DNA from: Chthoniobacteraceae bacterium
Lineage (GTDB): Bacteria > Verrucomicrobiota > Verrucomicrobiia > Chthoniobacterales > Chthoniobacteraceae
Assembly (NCBI GenBank): GCA_040081625.1
Contig: JBEBGD010000003.1
Location: forward strand, 1-64,000
Reading direction: 5' to 3'
DNA length: 64,000 nucleotides
The translations under genes and the position numbers were made by a program. Within the stretch, counting starts at the first letter, position 1, and each line of letters starts with the position of its first letter. Below, in pieces: positions 43,284 through 51,858 of this stretch. A model generated the notes under the pieces. The model ran no database searches and was not told the origin of the DNA. It saw only the letters and a program-made list of their open reading frames with translations.

Positions 43284-44201
43284 ATGACCAAGACCAACAT
43301 TGCCAAGTTCTGCGCGCTGACCGCCGGGATTCTCTCACTTCCCGTCGCCAGCTACGCAGGCAAAGACATGAAAGCGCCGAAGGAAATCATCGAGAAATGC
43401 AAGGAAAGCTGCATCACCGGTGACCTCGGCGTGAACATCGTGAGCCAATACTTCAGCCGCGGCGTCCTCTACGAGAACCAGGGCTCGATCCTGCAGCCCT
43501 ACGCGGACCTCTACTTCAAGCTCTACGAGGGCGAAGGCTTCCTGAACAAGGTCAGCCTGAATCTCGGCTGGTGGAGCAGCTTCCACAGCAATCACGACAC
43601 CGGCTTCGGCAAGAGCACCGGCACGACCCGCTCGTGGTATGAGACCGACTACACGTTCGGCCTCACCTTCACGATGGCGAAGAACTGGAACGTCACTCCG
43701 AGCTACATCATTTTCGCCAGCCCGAACGACGCGTTCGCGACGGCCCAGGCGATCAATGTGAAGGTCGCCTACGACGACACCGATCTGCTCGGCGCCTTTG
43801 CGCTGCACCCCTACGTGCAGGCGCTTGCGGAGCTCGAGAACAAGGTCGGCACCGGCCCGGATGAAGGTTTCTACTTCGAGTTCGGCGTCGCTCCGAGCGT
43901 GCCGCTCGGCCCGGTCACGCTGACGTTCCCGCTTACCCTCGGGATCGGCACGAGTGATTTCTACGTCAACGAGAAGGGTGGCAACGAGTCCTACGGCTTC
44001 TTCTCCGCTGGTGCGATCGCGACCTATCCGCTGGCATTCGTCCCCGAATGCTACGGTTCGTGGTCCCTCAACGCCGGCTATACGTGGCTCACCCTCGGAC
44101 AGGGCAGCGACTACATCTACAGCAAGACGCAGGGTGGCACGATTCGCAGCAACAGCGATAACGAGCACATCTTCCAAGGCGGCATCATCGTCGCGTTCTA
44201 A
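43284..44201 (+). CDS. Outer membrane beta-barrel protein (TorF/TIGR02001-like)
   Basis: Signal peptide; SQYFSRGV..ENQG.ILQP and WYETDY; alternating beta pattern; C-terminal Phe (GGIIVAF). Confidence 0.8.
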   Translation: MTKTNIAKFCALTAGILSLPVASYAGKDMKAPKEIIEKCKESCITGDLGVNIVSQYFSRGVLYENQGSILQPYADLYFKLYEGEGFLNKVSLNLGWWSSFHSNHDTGFGKSTGTTRSWYETDYTFGLTFTMAKNWNVTPSYIIFASPNDAFATAQAINVKVAYDDTDLLGAFALHPYVQALAELENKVGTGPDEGFYFEFGVAPSVPLGPVTLTFPLTLGIGTSDFYVNEKGGNESYGFFSAGAIATYPLAFVPECYGSWSLNAGYTWLTLGQGSDYIYSKTQGGTIRSNSDNEHIFQGGIIVAF

Positions 44202-44232
44202 GGAACCCCTCGCAGTCTCGTCTGCATCTATC

Positions 44233-44271
44233 GAAAGCGCGGGTCGGTTCGCCGGCCCGCGCTTTTCGTTT
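44233..44271 (+). terminator. Rho-independent terminator
   Basis: AAAGCGCGGGTCGG-TTCG-CCGGCCCGCGCTTT stem with UUCG loop followed by TCGTTT. Confidence 0.85.
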
Positions 44272-44356
44272 CCCGGCGTGCGGTCTTCATGCGCGGTCCC
44301 GCAGAAAAGCGTTCGCCATTCGCGCCCGCCGCGATAAATCGTCCGCACCATCCAAC

Positions 44357-44545
44357 ATGAAACGATTCGTCCTCGCACTGCTCGCAGCGCCCACGCTTCT
44401 TCTCGCCCACCCCGGTCACTCGACCTTCGACCCGACGGCAGGACTGCCGCACGCCGGCCACGAGGCGGAAACCTTCGTCGTCGTGGGGCTGATCGCGACG
44501 GGACTGCTGCTCTCGCTGCGCGCGGTCCTCAGGCGCCGGCGCTAG
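44357..44545 (+). CDS. Small His-motif membrane-anchored protein (62 aa)
   Basis: Signal peptide, HPGH...PHAGH, C-terminal TM and RRRR tail. Confidence 0.6.
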   Translation: MKRFVLALLAAPTLLLAHPGHSTFDPTAGLPHAGHEAETFVVVGLIATGLLLSLRAVLRRRR

Positions 44546-44978
44546 TCCTCAGCGCGTCGAGCCGCCCCGCGGCATAGGCCTCGAACACGCGCCGGATTTC
44601 GTCGCGCGTCTTGCGGAAGGCGGCGAGTTGGTGCGCGGTCGATCCTTTCGTGAAGGATGGATCGTCGAACGGGAAATGGTGGCGGTTCACCTGGCCGGGA
44701 AAGATCGGGCAGACCTGGTCGGCGTTGCCGCAAACGGTGATCGCAGTCTCGACCGGCAGGCTCATGAATTCGCCGAGGTGCTTGGAGGTGTGCCGGCTGA
44801 TGTCGATGTCGAGTTCGCGCATGACCTCAATCGCCAGCGGATGCACGTAGCCCGCGGGCTTCGAGCCGGCGCTGGCGATTCGGAAGTGCGCGCCGAGCAA
44901 ATCGCGCAGAAAGCCTTCGCCGATATGGCTGCGGCAGGAGTTGCCCGTGCAGAGGATGAGGATGAGCGGCTTTTCCAT
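44529..44978 (-). CDS. arsC: Arsenate reductase, thioredoxin-coupled LMW-PTP fold
   Basis: LCTGNSCRS, SAGSKP, TVCGNADQVCP (three redox Cys) and FDDP. Confidence 0.88.
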   Translation of the reverse strand: MEKPLILILCTGNSCRSHIGEGFLRDLLGAHFRIASAGSKPAGYVHPLAIEVMRELDIDISRHTSKHLGEFMSLPVETAITVCGNADQVCPIFPGQVNRHHFPFDDPSFTKGSTAHQLAAFRKTRDEIRRVFEAYAAGRLDALRTSAGA

Positions 44979-45029
44979 CGTGAGTCGCGCACGTTGTCCA
45001 CGGTCGCACGCTCCGCAACTGCGATCGTT

Positions 45030-48000
45030 CTATTGGCTCACCTTCGCGCGCATGAACCGCGGTGTGCCGCCGCTGGCCGGGACCGAGTCGCGCACGCGGA
45101 GCGTGGTGGGCGAGTTTTCCTCGATGATGAGGCCGCCGCTGCTCCAACTCGCGGGCGCTGAAAGATCGCTCGTCGCCAGCACCTCGTAGGTGATGTCGGT
45201 GGCGGCGGGATTCTTCGCGACGGAGAGGCGCAGGAAAATGTCGGGGCCGACGGCGGCAAGGTCGGTCACGACCGGGTTGGTGTTGGCGCTGCCCGGGTCG
45301 GTGCCGAATGCATATTCGGCCAGCGTGCAGAACCCGTCGCCATCGATGTCCGCGAGCGGCCCGGCGACCGCGGGGTTGTTCGCCTCCGCTCCGAATTGAG
45401 CAAAACGCCACGCGTCGATCGGCAGGTCTTGCAGCGTCAGCGCGACGGTCGGCGGCGCGGGAAGGTGATAGCCCGGATTCGCGGAGAGTGTGACGGAGAC
45501 TGTCTCATCGCCCTCGGCGATGGTGTCCGCTTGCGGAGTGACGAAGATCTCCGCGGACGATGCACCCGCAGGGATGACGAGGGAGCCGGGGAGGGCGACG
45601 AAGTCGGCGGAGTTCGCCGTGCCGCTGCTGGTGTAATAGACGGTGAGCGGCCCATCGAGCGCGCTGTCGCGGGAGACGATGATCTGCCCTGCCTGCACGC
45701 CGGCCTCGCTGGCGGGCACGCCTGCGACCGGTGCGAGCGTGGCGAACTGCACCTGAACCTGCACCTCGTCGAAGCTGACGACCTCGCCGTCGTCGGCGGT
45801 GAGGCGCAGCGTGTAGTCGCCCTCGGCGGGGAAGCTCGCGGTGGTGGCCCGTGCGGCGGGATCCAGGAACGCGGCCGCCGCGGGGCCGCTGACTTGCGAC
45901 CACTGCGTGCTGAGTTCGCCAGCGCCCGCATCAAATGCGGTGCCGGCGAGCGCCTTGAACGCCGCGCCCGGCACGGTCGATGTCGGCGCGGCATCGACGA
46001 GCGGCCCGGTGTTCTCCGGCGCACCGGTGACGCGCACGTCGGTGAACAAACCGCGCGCAGGCCGGGTGGTGTTGCCGCTGGTGACGGCGATGCCGGCGCG
46101 CAAAGTCGAGGCGAGCGCAATCGTCTGCGACGTGCCGACCTGCGTCCACGTGACCTTGTCCACTGAGTGCTCGGCGGTGAAAAGATCTCCGACGCGCCGC
46201 ACGCGCAGCCAGCGCGGGCCAGGCGGCAGGCTGCTCGACGCCGTCGTCGCCATGCCGCCGACCGTGGCCCGGTAGATCCACGCGACGCTGCTCGTGGACA
46301 CAAAAGTGAAAGCGACGAAACGCGAATTCGCGGCGGTGCTTTCGCGCAGCATCACTCCGAGCCGCGAACTGCCGAACGCACCGTCCACGCCCTCGAATCG
46401 CGCCACGATTTCGCCGTCGCCTTCCATCTCCGTGTGGGCGAAGTGGAATGAATCGCTGGTGCTCGTAATGCTCGAACCGCTGCCCTGGTTTTGCACGAAG
46501 CCTTCGCGCACGTCGTCGGCGCCGGTGGCGTTCGTGCCGGTGATGCCGATGTCGCCGCTGGTCCACGGACTCGTGCCGGGCGCGACGACGACCGCGACTT
46601 CCGCGGAGCCTGATTGCAGCGCCACATCGGTCGCCGTGCATCGCAGCACGTAGCGGCCTCCGGCGGAAAACTTCGCCGTCGTCCCGGGCGCTCCGTTGTC
46701 TCCGAAAGTCGCGACGCCCGGTCCGCTCGCCATCGACCAGACGCTCGTGACCGAGCCCGGCGCGCCGTCATCGCTGACGAGTGCGTTGAGCATCAGCCCG
46801 ATGCCCGCGGGCAGTGCGATTTCCGATTTCGCCGGGCTGGCGATGCGCACGGTGGGCGGATGATCGGTGCCCGAGTCGAGGATGCTCAGCGCCGCATTCC
46901 CGGTGCCGGCGATGGAAAACTTCGTCGAGGGCAGCACGGTGATGATCGCGGTCTCGGTGCCTTCCACCGCGGCGTCGGTCAGCGGCGTGAGCGTGCGTGT
47001 GATCGAGCGCTGGCCGGCGCTGAGCGTCGCGGCGGTCGAGATTGCGTTGAAGTCGGCGCCCGAAGTCGCGGTTCCTGCGATGGCGAGATTGACCGTGAGC
47101 GCTGCGGTGAGCGGGCCGGTGCGCGAGATCGTGACGAATGCCGGCTCGCCGCCTTGCTCGTGAGCGACGGGATCGGTCGCGGCGATGCTGACGCGCGGTT
47201 CATTGTCGCGGATGAAGAGCGTGTGGTAGCTGCCGCTGCTGGTCAGGCCGGCGTTGGAGGCGTAGGCGATCTTGAGAGTGAGGTGTTCCTCCATTTCGGG
47301 CAGCAAGTCGTCCACGACCGTGGTGGAGATGTTCTTCTGCGTCTCGCCAGGCGCGAAGGTGAGCGTGCCGCCGACGAGGTTCGTATCGACGCCGCTGCCC
47401 GTCGCGCTGTTCGTGTCGATGATGTAATCGACGACGACGGGATTGACCGGGTCTGCGGCGGAGAGGACGACGGGGATCGCGAACGGCGCATCGCCCTCCG
47501 TTTTCACCGTGCTCCGCGAGGCGAAGGACGCGGTGCGCGCGAAGCCGGTCGTTTCATTGTCGGTGACGATCAACGAAGCGCTGCCGCTTTCGATGCTGTA
47601 ACTGCCGGGCAGGATCGTCACGACGATCGTCTCCGCGCCTTCGGCGAGCGAGTCGTCGATGCCTGCGAGGTCCACGCTTACGCTTGATGCGAGGTCGGGG
47701 ATCGTCGCGGTGCCCGGGAGCGCGGTGTAGTCCGCACCGGCGGTGGCTGTGCCGCTCAACTGATAGGAAATATTCAGCGCGCCGGCGGTCGTCGCGGAGC
47801 CGGTGCTGCCGGTGCGGGATAAGAAAATCTTCGAGGCGCCGCCGTTCTCCGCCATCGTCACCGTGGTAAAGGAAACGTTGACCGTGTTGGCCTGGTCATC
47901 GTCGCGGATGACGAGGGTCGAAGCCGGCTGGAGCACGTCCACCTGGTAGGCTGGGTCTGGCGTGAGCGTCAGCGTCACCGTCTCGGCGTCCTCGATCAGC

Positions 48001-51000
48001 GCGTCGTTGATCGGCACCACCGTGATGGTGGACGAGGTGTTTCTCGCGATGCTGAGCGTGCCGGTGAGCGTGGCGAAATCGACGCCGGAGGTGGCGGTGC
48101 CGCTGATGATGTAGCGCACGATGATGTTGCCCGCGCCCGTGCCGGTGGTGGTGATGCGGAAGGCGCCGCTGGCGGTCGGTTCGTTGCAGATGCTGTCCGA
48201 GACGCCGACCGCGACGACGGTCAGGTCGTTGTCGTTGATGGTGACGGTCGCGAGGTTCGCCGCGTCGAGAAGCAGGCGCGGATCGTTGCGGAGCTGGAGG
48301 ATGACCGTCTGCGCGGGTTCGCCGTGCGCGTCGTCCACCGGCACGATGAGGACCGGCGCGCTCGCCGCGCCGGCGGGGATCGTGATCGTGCCGGGCAGCG
48401 GGAGGTAGTCCACGCCGTGCAAGGCGGCGCCGCCGATCGTGTATTCCACGACGAGCGGATTTGTCGTGTCGCCGGTGCGCGAGATCGAGAAGAGCCCGGT
48501 GTCGGCGCCGCCTTCGGTTGCCGTCGCATCCGTGGCTGCGATCGAGACGGTCGGGATGTCGTCGTCGGCGATTCGGACGATGGCGGAGGAAGGCACGCCG
48601 ACGCCGTAGAGCGTGCTGGTGCTCACGGTGAGCTGCACGGTCTCCTGGCCTTCGACGAGTGCGTCGTTCGTGGGATCGATCGTGACGGTGACCGACGCCT
48701 CGCCCGCGGGGATCGTCACCGGCGAGGCGATGCTTGCGTAGTCGGTTCCATTCGTCGCCGCGGCGGTGTTGCTGGTTCCGGCGAGCGCGATGGTGACGTT
48801 GAGGGCGCTGTCCACCGGGCCTGTGCGCCGGATTTCAAAGGTGCCCGGATCGCCCGCCTCATCCGCGTCGCCGTCGAGCGCGACGACCGAGACGCGGCTT
48901 GCCGAGCCGTTGGTGCCGGTGTCGTCGATCACCACGTCGGCGCCTGCCTTTCCGGTGATGGTGTAAGTCGTCCGCGGGATCAGCACCATGCGCAGCACCT
49001 CCGGGCCTTCGCGTGTCGTGTCGCTCACGGGAGTAACGGTGATTTCCAGCGTGTCCGAGCCGGCGGGGATCGTGAACAGTTCGAGCGGCGAGATCGTCGT
49101 CGTGTCCGCGGTCGGGCTGAGCGTGTAGTCGCCAGTCGATGCGTCGCCCTGCAGGTCGGTGTAAACGACGAGCGCCGCGGTCGTGCTGCCGGTGCGCGTG
49201 AGGCGGAAGGTGCCCGGGTTTCCTCCGGTTTCGGCTGCGTCGGCGTCGGTCGCCTCCACCGTCACGCGCACCGGCTCGATCGCGGTAAAGTCGCGCCCCG
49301 TGGGGCTGGTGCTGCCGGTGACCGCGTAGCTCGCGGGCGTGAACGTGTAGGCGCCGAGCACCGGCGTGAGCGTGACCGCGCCGGCGGCGAGATTGGTCAC
49401 GACGTAGTCGCCGTTCGAGTCCGTCCACGCGCCGCGAAAGCTCGTGCCGCTCGATCCGTTCTGGATGCGCACCTCGGGCATCGGGTTGCCGATTCCATCG
49501 AGCACGCGCCCGCTGGCGGTGAAGGTGGCCGGCGTGCCGACCGTGACGAGCAGCAGCCTGCTCGTCTCGCCGCCCTTCCGGTCGCTCACGATGCAGCGCA
49601 CGGCATGGTGGCGCGCGGTGGTGAATTGCTTGCTCGTGTTCGCCGCGTTCGTCCCATACGTCGCGTCGCCGAAGTCCCAGAAATACGCGAGCGTGTCGCT
49701 GTCAGCATCGGTCGCATCGACGGTGAAGCTGACGGTGCCATTGACCGCCGGCGTCGTCGTGTCGGCCATGAGCGAGTTGATGACGGGCGCGTTGTTGCCG
49801 GGAAAATCGCCGGTGTTCACGACCACGTCGATGCTCTCCGGCGTCGTGCCGCCCTTCGCGATGGGCGTGATGTGAACGCCGCTCTCGCGATCCGAGAAAG
49901 TGCGGCCGATGACCACGGGGCCGTCGTTCTTTCCATCGGCGGAGCCGGGCGTCGTGTCGAGGAACTGGCCGCCGCGATTGCTGCCCGCCGTGGTTGTGTC
50001 GAGATTCTGCCCCCACGCGCTCCAGCCGAGCGCGACGCCGTCTTTGAACCAGCGGTGATCGGCGTTGTATTTCTGCCGGAACTCGACCCAGTAATCACGA
50101 TCCGCGTCCTTCGCGATCTTCAGCGCGTAGCGCCGCGCGGGATCGAGCACCGTCTGGTCCATCGGGAAGATGCGATAGGTGCCGTTGGCGGAGACGGTGG
50201 TGACGACTTCGTTCGGGAGCCAGCCGAGCAGGTTTTTGTGGGGCGTCATGAAGTGGCCCTTGTTGCCGCTTACCGCGCCGCTGCTGCCCATCACGTCGTA
50301 GCTGTTGCCGTATTCGCCGTTCGCGCCGCCGCCGATCACGTCCCTGGCCATGCTAGCGTTCCAGGCAACCCCTGAGGCCTTTCCCGAATCCCACGAGTTG
50401 CCATGCCAGACGCCGACGTTGTGGCCGATCTCGTGGGCGAAGACACCGAGGCTCGTGCTCTTGAGCCACACATTCGATCCGCCCACGCTGCCCAGCCCGC
50501 CGAAGCTGCCCGGACCGCCGGTGTAGATGACCGTGTAGTGCGAGAAGTTGTCCGGGTTGTAGCCCATGCGCCGCGCGGCGTCCTTCGCATCGGTCATGAT
50601 CGGAGTATTGCTGCCGTTCGCCGTGTAATCCGCGGCATACCACGCCTCCGAGCGCGGCAGGATGATGAGCGGCGGCACCGAAGCGAGGTAATAGATCTTC
50701 CCGAAACTGATCTCCTGGAAGTAGCTGTTGAGCTGCGAGATCGCAGTCCACGCCGCGGCTTCCGTCTGCGGCTCCTGCTGGTCGTCGGGAAATGCGAGCC
50801 GCATGTAAAGCAGCGTGCGCGGTCCGTTCGCGAAGGAACTTGCCGCCGGCGCCGTGATGCCCGCCGCTCCGCCCGTGCCGCCTTCGGCCGCGACCATCTC
50901 TTCCTCGAAGACGCGGATGTGTCCACCTTCGCACATATAGATCACGCGCTCGCCGACCTGCACGACGTCAGCTTCCGCGCTGACCGGCTCCGCCGGCTCG

Positions 51001-51710
51001 CTCACCGCCGTCGTCAGCCCGGACACCGGGCACTGCGTCACGCGCTCTGCGTCCGCGGGCGGGAGCTCGCCCACTTCCAGCACGCGCACCGGGCTCTCCG
51101 CGAGCGCCATCACGCGATCGATCGCAACGCCATGCACGGGCACTTGCGAGAGCGAGTTCTGCCCGGTCCGCCGGCCATAGACAAACGTGCGCCACTCCTC
51201 GTCTCCCACTCGCGTGAAGCGCCGCACCACCGGCTCCGCGGGATCGCTGCCGGGCGACACCGCCTGCACCTCGACATCCGCCGTCGCCTGCACGCGCTTC
51301 TCGAGTTGGGCGACGACTTCGGGCGGAAGCTGCCGCCGCACGACCATCGGCACCGCCGTCTCGATCGCGCGGCGCGGATCGTCCTGGATGAGTTGCTTGA
51401 AAACTGGCCGTCGCGCCTGCGCCTGCCGCACGCCTTCCGCGACCAGCGAGGCTCGCTCAGCGGGTGCGGCTGCGAGGAAGCGCTGCGTCCACGCGGAGAA
51501 GCCGGGCAGAACATCCGCGGTCGGCGCTGGATTCGCGACAACTGCCGATGGAGCACGCGCGATCACGCCGGGCCGCGTCTCCGCAGCGGCACTCGCGGCA
51601 CCTTGCGCAGGCGCCGGTATCTGCGACGCGCGGCGGGCAGTGCGCAGCGCCAGCACGACGCCAGCGACGAGGGCAACGGAAAGGACGGCGATCAGGATGC
51701 GAGAACGCAT
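45030..51710 (-). CDS. Giant surface protein A (2226 aa): metzincin domain, PKD, about 8 Calx-beta repeats, ConA-like domain, conserved C-terminal domain
   Basis: HEIGHNVGVWH and YDVMG Met-turn; YFWDFGD PKD; repeated GTAT.G.DY...TIPAG...D...EG.ET units; ends RFMRAKVSQ. Confidence 0.88.
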   Translation of the reverse strand: MRSRILIAVLSVALVAGVVLALRTARRASQIPAPAQGAASAAAETRPGVIARAPSAVVANPAPTADVLPGFSAWTQRFLAAAPAERASLVAEGVRQAQARRPVFKQLIQDDPRRAIETAVPMVVRRQLPPEVVAQLEKRVQATADVEVQAVSPGSDPAEPVVRRFTRVGDEEWRTFVYGRRTGQNSLSQVPVHGVAIDRVMALAESPVRVLEVGELPPADAERVTQCPVSGLTTAVSEPAEPVSAEADVVQVGERVIYMCEGGHIRVFEEEMVAAEGGTGGAAGITAPAASSFANGPRTLLYMRLAFPDDQQEPQTEAAAWTAISQLNSYFQEISFGKIYYLASVPPLIILPRSEAWYAADYTANGSNTPIMTDAKDAARRMGYNPDNFSHYTVIYTGGPGSFGGLGSVGGSNVWLKSTSLGVFAHEIGHNVGVWHGNSWDSGKASGVAWNASMARDVIGGGANGEYGNSYDVMGSSGAVSGNKGHFMTPHKNLLGWLPNEVVTTVSANGTYRIFPMDQTVLDPARRYALKIAKDADRDYWVEFRQKYNADHRWFKDGVALGWSAWGQNLDTTTAGSNRGGQFLDTTPGSADGKNDGPVVIGRTFSDRESGVHITPIAKGGTTPESIDVVVNTGDFPGNNAPVINSLMADTTTPAVNGTVSFTVDATDADSDTLAYFWDFGDATYGTNAANTSKQFTTARHHAVRCIVSDRKGGETSRLLLVTVGTPATFTASGRVLDGIGNPMPEVRIQNGSSGTSFRGAWTDSNGDYVVTNLAAGAVTLTPVLGAYTFTPASYAVTGSTSPTGRDFTAIEPVRVTVEATDADAAETGGNPGTFRLTRTGSTTAALVVYTDLQGDASTGDYTLSPTADTTTISPLELFTIPAGSDTLEITVTPVSDTTREGPEVLRMVLIPRTTYTITGKAGADVVIDDTGTNGSASRVSVVALDGDADEAGDPGTFEIRRTGPVDSALNVTIALAGTSNTAAATNGTDYASIASPVTIPAGEASVTVTIDPTNDALVEGQETVQLTVSTSTLYGVGVPSSAIVRIADDDIPTVSIAATDATATEGGADTGLFSISRTGDTTNPLVVEYTIGGAALHGVDYLPLPGTITIPAGAASAPVLIVPVDDAHGEPAQTVILQLRNDPRLLLDAANLATVTINDNDLTVVAVGVSDSICNEPTASGAFRITTTGTGAGNIIVRYIISGTATSGVDFATLTGTLSIARNTSSTITVVPINDALIEDAETVTLTLTPDPAYQVDVLQPASTLVIRDDDQANTVNVSFTTVTMAENGGASKIFLSRTGSTGSATTAGALNISYQLSGTATAGADYTALPGTATIPDLASSVSVDLAGIDDSLAEGAETIVVTILPGSYSIESGSASLIVTDNETTGFARTASFASRSTVKTEGDAPFAIPVVLSAADPVNPVVVDYIIDTNSATGSGVDTNLVGGTLTFAPGETQKNISTTVVDDLLPEMEEHLTLKIAYASNAGLTSSGSYHTLFIRDNEPRVSIAATDPVAHEQGGEPAFVTISRTGPLTAALTVNLAIAGTATSGADFNAISTAATLSAGQRSITRTLTPLTDAAVEGTETAIITVLPSTKFSIAGTGNAALSILDSGTDHPPTVRIASPAKSEIALPAGIGLMLNALVSDDGAPGSVTSVWSMASGPGVATFGDNGAPGTTAKFSAGGRYVLRCTATDVALQSGSAEVAVVVAPGTSPWTSGDIGITGTNATGADDVREGFVQNQGSGSSITSTSDSFHFAHTEMEGDGEIVARFEGVDGAFGSSRLGVMLRESTAANSRFVAFTFVSTSSVAWIYRATVGGMATTASSSLPPGPRWLRVRRVGDLFTAEHSVDKVTWTQVGTSQTIALASTLRAGIAVTSGNTTRPARGLFTDVRVTGAPENTGPLVDAAPTSTVPGAAFKALAGTAFDAGAGELSTQWSQVSGPAAAAFLDPAARATTASFPAEGDYTLRLTADDGEVVSFDEVQVQVQFATLAPVAGVPASEAGVQAGQIIVSRDSALDGPLTVYYTSSGTANSADFVALPGSLVIPAGASSAEIFVTPQADTIAEGDETVSVTLSANPGYHLPAPPTVALTLQDLPIDAWRFAQFGAEANNPAVAGPLADIDGDGFCTLAEYAFGTDPGSANTNPVVTDLAAVGPDIFLRLSVAKNPAATDITYEVLATSDLSAPASWSSGGLIIEENSPTTLRVRDSVPASGGTPRFMRAKVSQ

Positions 51711-51858
51711 GTTCGGGAAGCGGAAGTCAGAAGGGAGAGGGAACCGGAGGTGAAGCCGGCGCTTCGTCTATAATTGCCATAATTCAACCGACATTCCTTG
51801 TTCCGCCCCACGTTGCTCCGGCCCGGAAGTTGACGCTTCGTCCGCCGTTTCGCGATGC

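Noticed and set aside
44529..44978. arsC as part of an arsenic resistance island or mobile element
   Set aside because: No arsR, acr3/arsB, transposase, integrase or flanking repeats nearby.
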